Shown piece after piece: positions 1 through 12,000 of a DNA stretch of 64,000 nucleotides. Origin of the DNA: Podarcis cretensis (lineage: Eukaryota). Each line of letters begins with the position of its first letter. The stretch's first letter is position 1. Under the pieces are notes generated by a model that saw only the letters and a program-made list of their open reading frames with translations, had not been told where the DNA came from and searched no databases. Position numbers and translations under genes: made by a program. The stretch lies in assembly GCA_951804945.1 (NCBI GenBank), contig OX638149.1, positions 113,894,001-113,958,000 of the forward strand. The letters are read 5' to 3'.

Positions 1-7
1 GTCTCAC

Positions 8-91
8 CTCGATGATCTTCTCCTTCTTTTTCTGATCTGCCTTTTTGTTACCCGCCCCCGATGCTGCCGGTGCCTGTTTTTTGGGGGGCAT
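8..91 (-). CDS. ZC3H15: ZC3H15 (DFRP1/LEREPO4, zinc finger CCCH-type 15) coding exon 1
   Basis: Minus strand ATG at 91 gives [28 protein letters not shown] followed by the donor GTGAGAC (7-1). This matches the vertebrate ZC3H15 N-terminus (human [25 protein letters not shown]|DKTFG). 84 nt, ends in phase 0; the rest of the gene is left of the window. Confidence 0.93.
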
Positions 92-830
92 TTCGGAAGG
101 GGGGGGGAGGAGGAAGAGGAGGGAAGAGAACGGGTGGGGGGAAGGGAAGGAGACGCCGCCGAGGCCCAGAAGCAAAAGCGACCCCCACGCCTTTGCTTAA
201 CCGCCAAGCGGAGGGGAGGGGAGGGGGGCTCGGCTGGGGGGTGGTGGTGGTGGCGGCGGCGGGCAAGCTGTGAGGGGAGACTGATGGAATCCACCACCGG
301 CAGAACGAGGGCTTCGCGTTTGCGACAAGCCGTCAGTGACGGAAGCGGCAGAGCATTATGGGAACGGGAAGAGCCGAGGAGAAGCCGAACGTGACGAGGG
401 AGAGCGCGCACGCGCGCAAGAGCCTTTCCCTCCCCGGCCCGCCGCCGCTCTCGACGCTCATCGCCTCGCTCCCACAGTGCATTGCGAAACCCTGACAGGA
501 CAAGGCAAAGGGCGGACCCTCCCGCGGCGTGCGATTGCGTCACGGGGGGCGGGGCTTAGGTTTCCGTTGAGGGTTCGGTTTCGCCGGGTAAAGGGGAGGG
601 GCAAAGGTTCGGAGTGCTTCTCCTCAGAGGCTGTTAGTCTGAGGTGGTCAACTGCTTGCAACGTTCGTCGCGCCTCTGCCCCTCGCTTGTGTTAAGGGCA
701 GCAAAATATCTGGAAGCCTTCTTTATTAAAAGTATGACTTCGGCCCTCCTAAAGCGTTCTGAAAACGTCCTGAGGCAAGATGAGGCGGCTGCTTCAGGCG
801 GCAGGGCTCGCAGGGGCAGCAGATCCAGGC
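92..830 (-). promoter_or_regulatory. CpG island: 5'UTR and promoter of ZC3H15
   Basis: Very GC/CpG-rich relative to the rest of the window. GC box GGGGCGGGGC (~546-555), ETS-like CGGAAG (~340), NRF1-like GCGCGCACGCGC (~403-414), no obvious TATA. Lies directly upstream of the ZC3H15 ATG. Confidence 0.8.
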
Positions 831-1394
831 TCACATGGGATGCGTTGTCTGCTGCTGCAGCTGCTGCTATCCTATCTTTGACAAGGTTAATGGAATCCAA
901 TAGCCACCAAAGTTTTGAAGGATGGTGTGACAGAGAGAAGCAGAAAATTAATATTTTGGTGAAATACGCACACGGCGCAACCCCCCCCCCCCCCTTTGTT
1001 CTACGTTCGAGGTGGCAGTCATCCCAGTCATGGGTGTGGCAGGGAAGCAAGTGTCCCCCCCCCCACTAAATCAAGTAAATAAGTAAAAAAAAAAAAAATA
1101 CTTAACTAAAAGTATACATTGTAGAAAAATGTTGACAGGTTTTTCTGAGCACGGGGTCAAAAGAAAGTAATTTAAAACAACAGTTGTTGAGAAATTTAAT
1201 TTAGAATCTGCTAGACAGAGCCAGACAGGATGCTGACAGATAGGTGCATAGCTTAAATCCTGGCTATGCCCACCATCCCTGTTTAGTGGTGCTTACTACA
1301 TGTATGCATAGAATTGTGCTGCATGTGTTTGCCTTTTTCTGGCTACTGTATAGGTTAATGCAGATTTCCCCTTTAAAGTTACAAACAGCTGACA

Positions 1395-1986
1395 ACAGCA
1401 GCAAGAATACTCATCGCAAAGCACTGGAAGACACAAGATTTGCCCACCTTGGAAGAATGGCAGATGCAAGTAATAGACTACATGGAATTGGCAGAAATGA
1501 CTGGCAGAATTCGAGACCTGGGAGAAGAAGCGGTGGAAGAGGACTGGAAGAAGTTTAAGATTTATCTGCAGTTCATAAACTGTAAAGTTTATGAATGTTA
1601 AAACGATGTTGGATTTAAAAATAATACGGCATTGGTGATATAGGTTTAAAAGTTATGTAAAAAAGTAATTGAAAAAAGGTGAAAGACTAAAGTTATATTA
1701 TGTCAAAAGTAAATAATATGTTAAAGGTGTTTAAACATAAGGAGGAAGGATTGGAGACATAATAGAAAGATTTTAATAATCAGAAATGAGCTTTGAAAGT
1801 GGGTAAGGATTTGCTGTATCTGATTGAGTAAAGAGGAACACAAAAAAGGGAGGCGGGAGGAAGTCAGGAAAGAAAGTTTTCCAAATATCAATCTAAAAGT
1901 TGGAATTTTTATTTTTAATTTTTGTTTTTTTCTTGATGTTTTTTATCCTCTGTAAAAGCAAATAAATATATATTCCAAAAAAAAAA
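1395..1986 (+). mobile_element. 5'-truncated L1-clade LINE (ORF2 C-terminus, 3'UTR, A-tail)
   Basis: Translates as TAARILIAKHWKTQDLPTLEEWQMQVIDYMELAEMT...EEDWKKF (L1 ORF2 C-terminus) and ends in an A-tail. 21-bp TSD TAAAGTTACAAACAGCTGACA at 1374-1394 and 1987-2007. Confidence 0.85.
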
Positions 1987-2463
1987 TAAAGTTACAAACA
2001 GCTGACACCTTGTGGCCATTTGTATAAATGACAAGGACCTTTCTTTGGAGCAACACATTGCTCCCTTCAAAAAGCATAGCTACATGGTTCAGGCTACACG
2101 TTCTCGTTTGTGTGGCGCCTCTGGTGTTGTGGGTCTGAATGCAGTGCAGGAGTGTGCATCTTAGAATAGGTCCTTTGACAGTATGGAAACTGAGTGGGCT
2201 GGCAAAGAAAAGCACCCTGTCTCTAAATCACTAGAGTAAAGCATTCCTGCATCACCAGTTTGTTGTGCTTCCCTTTTTAAAGCTCCGCTTCTTTGCTGCA
2301 CGCTCAAAAAAGGGAACCCCTGTCTCAGTACAGTACATGGGAAAAAAATGGAGCAAGCAAGTGATACAGCACATAATGATGAAGTCAAGCTGAGAGAGGT
2401 GTGCAGTATGGTAATGGGTGAGAACATGTGTAATGCATGTGTGATTGAGATATGGATGGATGT

Positions 2464-2691
2464 TGTTTGTTGTTGTTGTTTAGTCGTTTAGTCGTGTCCG
2501 ACTCTTTGTGACCTCATGGACCAGAGCATGGCAGGCACTCCTGTCTTCCACTGCCTCCCGCAGTTTGGTCAAACTCATGCTGGTAGCTTCGAGAACACTG
2601 TCCAACCATCTCGTCCTCTGTCGTCCCCTTCTCCTTGTGCCCTCCATCTTTCCCAACATCAGGGTCTTTTCCAGGGAGTCTTCTCTTGTCA
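2464..2691 (-). mobile_element. BovB (RTE) LINE 3' end
   Basis: Encodes DSLEKTLMLGKMEGTRRRGRQRTRWLDSV...KSRTRLND with a (CAA)n tail. TSD ATGGATGGATGT at 2452-2463 and 2692-2703. Confidence 0.9.
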
Positions 2692-2819
2692 ATGGATGGA
2701 TGTGGGCACATGCAAATGTGCAGTTTGTGTGTGTTGAGAAAGAGAATATAGTATGTAGTTCTGTGTGTGCATTTGTATGTTTTAGTCCTGTCTGCTTTGG
2801 GCAACTATTGTGGCTACTA

Positions 2820-3175
2820 GGTGGCGCTGTGGGTTAAAGCCTCAGTGCCTAGGACTTGCCGATCGAAAGGTCGGCGGTTCGAATCCCTGCGGCGGGGTGC
2901 GCTCCCGCTGCTCGGTCCCAGCGCCTGCCAACCTAGCAGTTCGAAAGCACCTCCGGGTGCAAGTAGATAAATAGGGACCGCTTACCAGCGGGAAGGTAAA
3001 CGGCGTTTCCATGTGCGGCTCTGGCTCGCCAGAGCAGCGATGTCACGCTGGCCACGTGACCCGGAAGTGTCTCTGGACAGCGCTGGCCCCTGGCCTCTTG
3101 AGTGAGATGGGCGCACAACCCCAGAGTCTGTCAAGACTGGCCCGTATGGGCAGGGGTACCTTTACCTTTACCTTT
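2820..3175 (+). mobile_element. Sauria SINE (Squam1), young lacertid-type subfamily
   Basis: tRNA-like head with A box TGGCGCTGTGG and B box GGTTCGAATCC, (ACCTTT)n tail; near-identical to the copies at 15547 and 45405. Confidence 0.92.
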
Positions 3176-6100
3176 TTCTGTTCAGCTTTTTTTTTTAGTG
3201 TTTTTGTGTGCTGGTGTTTTTAATAATTGGAACAATATCCAAATACATCATAGAGTACATCCATTGAAATCAATGGATTTAAGTTATTAACCCTATTGAT
3301 TCAATAGGTCTCATCTGATTGCAAATAATGCTGGCTATAACCCTTGGGTTTTATTATGGGGTGGGGAACGTCCAGTCCGCAAGTCAAGAGCAGACCACTG
3401 GACTCTCTCTAGGTCATTCCCCTCACCAGCTGTACACCCTCAAAATGTTTTTGCCTGGTTGGAATATTTTCCTGAACTTCGATCATGCTTCTTATTTAAG
3501 CGGATTGAAGGATTGGGGGGGGGGGAGCCTCTGGCCTTTACATAGCTGGAATGAAGCCTACTGTACATAGATGTGTGTGTGTGTGTGTGTGGCGGAGGTC
3601 CCTAGAGGGAAATGTGACCCTTGTGCTAAAAAAGGACTCCTACAATCATTTTATGGTATATCTTTCCCTGGTATCAGTACACATGAAGGCTGGTTTCTAT
3701 AAATATTTTTAACAATAAACAAGCATACAAATAAATCACTGCTGAGATGTACCCACAATTTTGAGGCCTGCAGAGATTATAATGATACAGTACATCTCCA
3801 GCTGTTGCCACTGGCTACAGACTACCTGTGACATCACAAAAGTACATGGCAGCTGAGTGGATATGAAGATGGGCCTTTTCCTCTTCCCCAAAAGAACACA
3901 GCAAGCAACAGCTGTGACGTTCAGTCTTCTTCTACCTGGAGGAGGTGAATAGACAGATGGACGGAGATGATTATCTGGCTGTAGGATGCTACGGAGCAAT
4001 AATAAGGTAAGTTCATTTGCAGTGTGGAATTGTGGCTTGAAGGCAGCTGATATCCATGGGGTGTGATATGTGATGTCTAGTGGTAGACCTAGCAGAAGCT
4101 GGCAGATGTTGGTGGGTGGAAGCCAATGGAGTTCTCATTTGGATGTTGCAAGGCTGAAACATAGTGATATTTGTGGTTGTAAACTGGTTGAACGTCACTT
4201 TTGGGAGCTGATTGACAGAAGCCAGTGGTTATTTGTGGATTGAAGTTGGGCAATGAATATGAATAAATGATGAGTAGAAGATGGGTGGTTGTGTCCATTG
4301 GTGTTCTGGTGCATGCTCGTGTGCGTGACTAAGATTTTGAAAGGGGTTGGGGCTAGTGGTGTGCATATGTGCATGAATGTGATGTGTGAAAAGAAACTGG
4401 TGTATATTCATGAATAGATGAAACCCATGGAAGTTGGCAGGCTGAAGTTAGCAGATGAAGTTGGCAGGCAGAAGCTGGTGGAGGTGCCTGGATGATGTTG
4501 TGGGATAGCATCCATCTCCTTCATTTCTGTGGTTTTTTATTTTTTTAATTGGGATGTATGAAGCTAGTGAGGCTTTCTCAAGAAAACCTCCTGCATCCCT
4601 TGTGAAAGCAATGAAGAGAACTGCAGGGCATAAGTGCAAGTCACCTTATACCTCTAAATGTTTTTCTAACTACGTATATCTACCTGTCGTGTCCATGCTG
4701 TCTTTTTTCTTGAATGACAGACAATGGAAGACAGACAGACAGCCTGCATTTGTGGTGTGACCCTACCCCCCAAATTTGCTTTGTGCTGGTGTTTCCACTC
4801 TCCCCAGATTGCTTCCCCCTCTTTCTCTCAGACTGATTCATTTTCCAGAAAGGCATGCACCGACTCTCCCACCATATGATTCTTTATCTTTTCACCAGCC
4901 TGTCAAATAGAGGACTGGTCTTTGACATCCCTCACCACCTAACTTGTGCCCCAATACTTTTAACGCTACCTCTGCAATGGAAAATGTCAGATTATGATGG
5001 CTGGCTCACCTCCAGTATAGAAGTAGCAAAATGAGGTTGGACTCCGCCCTTCAGACTCTAGGTGGAGAGGTTCTATTGTTGAGTGCTGCCCCATATAAAC
5101 ATCTCATAGAAAATCTTTCTAGATGTGCTAGTTTACAAGAAGTGTGTGTGTTTGTGTGGGAGCACTCAACAACACAACTCTTCTATTTGGAGTCTAAAGC
5201 ACAGTCAATAATTCTACAGCTATATTGTACAACTGGATTCTGCACAGCATGTAGAATCATCACTTTCAGCCCTTGAAAACACTGCATTAGGTCTAGCAGA
5301 AGATGGGGCAATTTTCCAGGATCCCAGAAGATGGCAGTCCTAAACCTGCTGTAAGTACTGTACCAGCATTCTGTTAGAACATGGATAATTGTATCGTAAA
5401 GTGTTAAATTTTAATTTGCTTTATTTCAATAACCCAAGAATTCAGCAATGTCCACATAGCTAAATTGCACCCTTAAATATGCAGAATGGAAGGAACCTAC
5501 TTCAAAATTTATTGTGTTTTCTTCTTTGCACTCTTTGTTTGTGAGGGTCGGCTTCAGGGTAATTACTAAGAATGAAAGCAACTGTAGTAGGAAATTTTTA
5601 ACACTTTCATTTTTATAAAATGTTTCAGATTGCAGCTATGATGTGTGTGTGTGTTTTAAACACTTTGTCGTTAGTGTAATATTTTATACACTAAAAGGCT
5701 TGTGTGCATTTTGCTTCAGCACATGCATTGGCAGTTATATGTAACACCTGTGATGAGAGTAGGCAAAAAAACCCTCCACTTTGCTGAAGCTGAGTCACCC
5801 ACCCTGTTGGTCCCAAGTCTGACAAGCTTCACACATTGCATACATATACTGAAGTTGTTCACATATACATGAAGGACACAAATGGGGAACCTGCAGCCCT
5901 CCAGATGTTGCTTGACTCCAGTTCCCATCATCCCTGACCACTTGTCCTGTGCATGCTGGCTGGGACTGATGGAAACTAAAGTCCAACAACAACTGGTGGA
6001 TAACAGGTTCCTCACCTTTGGTGTAGGCCAGCCTTTCTCAGCCTTGGGTCCCCAGATGTTGTTGGACTACAACTCCCATTATTCCTCACCACTTGTCCTG

Positions 6101-8026
6101 TTAGCTAGGTATGATGGGAGTTGTAGTCCAACAACATCTGGGGATCAAAGGTTGAAAAAGGCTGGAGTATGCTGTCTGTTTGACAGGACTTCACAGCAAA
6201 CTTTGGCTTGTGAACTCTTTCTCATATTGTGTGTTTGAGCTTTAGCATGAGTCAGGAGGACTCTTGTGCATGTTTTATGCATGTGATCCATCAGCCACAA
6301 AACATAGGGATCATATGAGCAGAGCCGACTAATGCAGGTTATATGTTATGATGATGTATGTGTGTGAATATAGTATTCTCTCCCAACCTTGACACATGTA
6401 CAGCCTGAGCATTGGACTAGTGTAATGCTATCTTCGTGGAGTTGTTTTATAGTGCCTTGTAAAACTTTACATAAAAATGCAGTTTATAAAAATTTAAATA
6501 AAAGAATGCCTGCACCTTCAGTTGCTTCAAAACGGAACCAGATTGATAGCAGAGACTCACAGAATGGTTCACATTATACCTTTCATATGTCACTAGCTCT
6601 TAGGTTGTTTCCAGATATAGTTCAAGGTGCTTGGATGGCATTATCCTTTAACAGCCCAAATGATCTGGGACCAGAGTGCCTCAAGAATCACTTGAGAACT
6701 TCACTCAACTACTGAGGTGCTTTCTGTTGTTTCCAAGCTTAATATAAGTTTGCTTAGTGAGGGTGGGAGAAAGGGCCTGTTCCATTTCCAATTTCCATGT
6801 TGTTTTTGCTTAATTGACCAGATTTTTCCATGGAAACGGTAAACCTGGATTAAATGGGGAAATGTAGGCAAGTGGTAAATAAGCAAATTCAGGCACAAAT
6901 TCTTGAAGTATTGTCTGATCTAGGCAGGTGGACCCCCCTGCCTTTATGTGTGTACGCATATACAACCAAGGAGGCCTTGGTCTCCCGGCTAATGGCAGAT
7001 GTCAGAGTATCCTTTCATTCAGATTTGCAGTCGCAGCTTTTCAAAATCCTTAATCGTTGTTGTTGTTGTTGTTGTTGGAGATATTGCTTGATATATAGCT
7101 GCTTGATACGTTTTGGTGATTTTGGATGATATCAGCCCTCTGCGTGAGGCAGACTTGTGCGTTGTGTTTGATTAACTCTGCAGTAAATGTATAACAACAT
7201 GATGAAGAGGGATAGAGCACCAATCTTGTTTCATGGCTACTGACCAAGGACAGAATGAAGGTTCCCCTTGGGCAGCCATTTAAGGTCAGTTTGTTATCAC
7301 TAAAGTACCTTTAAACTGAGCTCTGCCCTCTTCCTCCTAAAACATTCTGATTGGGATCCATGCAAAAAGATGTCTGGCTGCTTCACACTAGAGCTGATGC
7401 GTTGCTTTCCCACAACGATCTAGAAGAAGAATTGTAACTGAGATTAAGAAGAGCTTGCTAGATTATTGCTATCTGTCCTGGGAGCTGTTGCCCTCTGCTG
7501 GCAGCCTCCAATTACAATTGTTCTCTCTGTGTCCTCTCAGCTGGTGGCATCCAATTAGAACTGCCCTCTCTCTTCTAACTGGACAGCACCAGCAGAGAGA
7601 ACAGTTTTCTTTACTCTTTTCCAAATCAGCTAGCCAATTAAACTAGAAGGTGGGCAGGAGAGTGAAGACCCTACTGGATTTGTGGCTGGTGTCCAGGTGA
7701 GGATTAAAGAGCTTGACAGGTGCTCTGTGGTAGCATTGGTACACATGGATGCTGGGTTATGGACCCCTCCTGGTCTAGATCTGCTTACGCTATTTGAGAA
7801 AAGTAATTTCTATTTAGTTCTTCTCTTTCTTTCTTTCTTTCTTTCTTTCAAACTTCCTTGTTGGTTTGGCCTGTGTTACTGCTTCCTGTTGAGTGCAGGT
7901 GGGAAATTTCTGATTAAAAGAGCTTCTTGAATAGCCTTTCTTAATTACCCCGATGTCAGTTTCAGTTCTTGAGGGGAGAAATTATGAGCTTCCCCTCAGT
8001 TTTATTCCTGCTCTAACTTTGTGATA

Positions 8027-8246
8027 CAGTGGACCCTCTGGATATGAACTTAATTCATTCCGGGGGTCCATTTACACCCCCAAAATTACATAAATAGAGG
8101 CGCGCTTCTGTGCATGCGTGCAGCGTGATTGAGCACTTTTGCGCATGCGCGCACGGCGAAACCTGGAAGTATACATTTCCGGGTTTGCCTTGGCCGTAAC
8201 CCGAAGATTCTATATCCAGAGGGATACATAAGTAGAGGTACAATGG
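8027..8246. mobile_element. Tc1/mariner (Tigger-like) MITE
   Basis: TA|CAGTGGACCCTC ... GAGGTACAATGG|TA degenerate TIRs with TA TSD; related to the 63760 copy. Confidence 0.7.
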
Positions 8247-8769
8247 TAGTGCAAAAGCACTATTTCACTATAGAAATGAGAGGAATAATGAGAGGAAACC
8301 AGTAACGAAGCAATTAAGGGAGGCTATTCAAGGGGAAATTAAGAAGTTGCTCATCACTAAGAAGCACCCCACTTGCATTCATCGGCAGTAAAATGGACTG
8401 AACCTGCAAATGTTTAATAAAGGAAAATGACCCTTAAAAGTTTTGCTTGTCCATACTAGATTGAATGGTGCCACAGCTGCATTTTATTACCAAAAAATCA
8501 ATGGCTGTGGAGTCTGAGAAAAAAACAGAGGACAACACAAAAATGACTGGAATAAGTATCAGTAGGCTCATAACAGTGTCATTTGGATGTTCTATTTTTG
8601 TTTTTAAAAAGGATGACTATTTCAAAGGGAAAAGCCCTGTATAGAAGGCACTTTGGTTACATCATGAAGGTGTATGTTCACACTGACCTGAAATTTCAGT
8701 TGCTTGGGATCACAAATGGGGAGAGGGCTGTTACCCTCAGCTTCTGGAGCAAGCTTGTTTTCTCCTGCT

Positions 8770-9006
8770 TTGAGGGGTAGGACCTGAACCAAGTTACAAG
8801 AAAGGTGATTCTGACTAAACATTGGGAAGAACTTTTTGACAGTAGGAGCTGTTGGACAATGGTTGGACTCTCCTTCCTTGGAGATTTTTAAGCAGAGGAT
8901 GGATGGCCATCTGTCATAGATGCTTTAGTTGAGAGTCCTGTATTGCAGGGATTGGATTAGATGACCCTTGGATCCCTTCCAACTCTACAATTCCATGATT
9001 CTATGA
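8770..9006 (+). mobile_element. CR1 LINE 3' end
   Basis: Typical CR1 3' sequence ...GATGACCCTTGGATCCCTTCCAACTCTACAATTCCATGATTCTATG. Confidence 0.8.
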
Positions 9007-12000
9007 AAAGGCTAGACTATATGAACTTATGGGCTGATCCAGGAGGGCTTCTCTGCTTGCATAGAAAAGTTTTCCCTTTTAGGAGTTTCTCCTCCAGCAC
9101 ATGATGGGTGCCAGGGAGGGGAGGCAGAGCTAATGTGCTTGTTTTGTGAGATATCAGAACAGCTTAACAGGGCTTCTGTGCATTAAAGAATCATAAAAGA
9201 AGCTTAGGGCAATCTTGGGTCAAGTGCTCCCATAATAAAAGGGTAACATTACAATATAGTAACCTTGGCAATTGCTTGGGGAATTATCAGGGTATGACAT
9301 TATGACTGCTGGGAGCATGCAATTGCCATGGCTTTTGCAGTGGGTGTGTTATTATTGCTTTGTTTGGAGTTCTTTTAATCTTATAACAGAGCTGGTTTGA
9401 TGGTGGTGCTAGCCAGGTATAGGCTACTGATCAGCTTGTATTGGTGGAAGCACAATGGTAATTTAGCTGGACAATAAGCTTATGCCATTATATCTGGTTC
9501 TAGCCTTCAGAACAGCAGATGCCAGAATCATTTGTGGGAAGAAAGCAACTTAATCCATTAGCTGTCCTCCTTTAAGGACATACAGGATTTTGCACATTGT
9601 TTTCCACAACTTGATTCAAATTGGGAGAAATGAAGTGCCTCATTCCTGCAGACTTGATGAGTGAGTTGTGTTGATCTCCAGGAAACGGCTTGGGATATAG
9701 CTTGTAATGGTTCAGCCATCAAAGCCCAGCTGGCTGAGATTCTTTGCCCACTCCTCTCTTTTGAAACTTCACTTTAATTTTGCAGCCGCTTCTCGTCGTT
9801 TCCAAACGACTAAAGTAAAATGTGTGCATGGTAATTACATTTAATCGACATAACTTTTGCTGTGTGTCATCTTCCTGCAACTTGACTGTCTATTTGTATA
9901 TCTCTGAAGAGCGATTGCACACACCAAGCCCTATAGATCAAAGCAGAGGCAGAACTGCAATTCAGCAGAAATGTCATTTTGCACAAAGCGCCAGTGCTTC
10001 ATATCTGAATCCAAAAAAGTATTCACATAAATTATCCATGCTTAGCAATAGGGAATGATCAACAGCACAACCTCTTAGGGTGAAATTTAATCAGTTCAGT
10101 TAAGATTGTCCAGTCCCACCTGCAACTTCCTTATATATCTGCTGCTTCCCAATGACCAGCACCTGTTCTTTCGGGCAGAAAGAGGGATGGACAAATATGT
10201 CAAGTTTTGGCTTCTTTCTGTCCCTCATTTTTCCAATCTTAAATTCACTTCTCCAAATTTCTGTAGCAATTTGTGCATTTTTAATCAAAAATATTATTTA
10301 AAATTCACCAGCATTTCTTCTAATAAACCCATTTTCCTGTGTAGTTTTGGATAATTATACCCCCACATCATACAATGTATTTTTGTATGCTGTTTTCATC
10401 AATATGTGGGTGCTTATTTAACTCTTCCCCCAATAAGTGTATTTCTGTGCATGTTGTTTGGTTGGAGAAGCACACCACAAAATTTATGGCAGCCACACAT
10501 CTCCCATAATGCCCAATTTCTGAGCTTAGAAGTGTTACTATTACTATTTTAAAGAGAATACACCAACCTCAGAAGTACAACCCCTGGAGAAACTTTTATT
10601 TTGGGCTATTTACACTTGCTTAGTTGATCGTCTCAAGATTTATAAGGAAATAATTTTATTTCTAAATTAACCAGCAGGCATACTGTGTAATGTAATTTAA
10701 AATTGATTTCATTTTTCAGCCTAACTGAAAGGTATTAAGGGTGTCAGATTGATGCATGGCATCTAATCAAAGGGAGAATATCCTATTGCAGATTGGTATC
10801 ATTAACATTTGAATGTTTTCGTATGACAATAAATCCTCAGTGCTTGCGAAATTCTTTGATATTCCAATGGTAGCAATAATACTCTAGCGGCTTCATTGTG
10901 ATCTTTTTAATGTGTTTTCCTTCTCAGTGCTTGTTTGAAAAGCAAATGATTACCATTATGAACACTGCTAGAATAAAAGCAGGAAAGTTTTTAAGACATT
11001 CCCCTATCTGGATATTTTTAAATTACTTTGTGTATAAGAGATTAATCTAAAAGCTGGGGATTTGTTTAGTGAAATAACCTTTAGGTCCCTTATATCATAC
11101 GGTTTTATTTGGGAGTGTTCCCCCCCCTTGGTTTGGATTCACTCTTCTGTAGTTTAAAGAATTTTCTCAGAAGCTTTTTAGTAATAAGATTATACTATTT
11201 AACATTTGCATAGCAATTTACAATGTTCAGAATGCTCTTCATGCATAATTCAGTTGATCATTACAACAATCTTATAAGGTAGGTCTGTAGTATTAATCTG
11301 ATATTGCAGGATTGCATTTGAAGGCTCAGGGCAGTTGCTTAGCTAAAGCCAATTACTTAGTTCATGCTTCAGGCAAGAGTTTAAGAAAAGACTTACTTAG
11401 TCATGGTTTGGAGTCTGCCAGTATTTTGCAGTCACCTTTTTACTTTTAAATATGCAGAAGGTGAAACAGCTGTGCTGAATGCTCTGGAACAGAATAGTTT
11501 TGATGTTGAGTAGTGACCACCCGTCTGTCACAGCTCAACCTCCGGGAATAACCAAGATCTTCAAGTTCTGGCAGATCCAGGAGACTTTTAAATGAGCTGT
11601 CAATATTTTTCTCTGCAGTGCAATCCTGTGCAAGGCTACTCGGAGGTACATCCCTATTGTCTTAGTGTGATTTATTTATAGATAATTGTGTATAGGATTG
11701 CAGCATATGTTTTCATGTCTGCCTTCTATTTTTAAGCTCACTGTTATGTTTGGTTGTTGAAATAATTTTGTCGACATGCAATTTTCTTTCAGTCTAACTT
11801 GCTTGGAGAACAATTTTCCAAAAGCAGGCTATGATTTGCCTGATAAATAAAGTAAACCTGAGTGATCAGTTCTCCAGGGAGGGGTCCAATGCTACAACGT
11901 TTTCTGCAAAGACCAACACCTTCATCATTGGTCAGGTTCCGTAATAAAGTCGGCACCTTGTAGTGGAACTACACCATTGTTGAGTACAGCACAAATCCTC

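Noticed and set aside
4-1069. Long overlapping ORFs (179, 141, 138, 119 aa) in the CpG island
   Set aside because: Low-complexity products of GC-rich sequence; the true coding frame is the short ZC3H15 exon 1, which the ORF track does not list.
2820-3175. tRNA gene or protein ORFs within Sauria SINE copies (recurring HGNAVYLP.. and CFRTARLAGAG.. peptides)
   Set aside because: These are SINE-derived; the A/B boxes belong to the SINE head and do not form a complete tRNA cloverleaf.
9896-9940. CTGAAGA...GCACACA hammerhead-like string
   Set aside because: No GAAA and no proper stem II; at best a decayed Penelope remnant.
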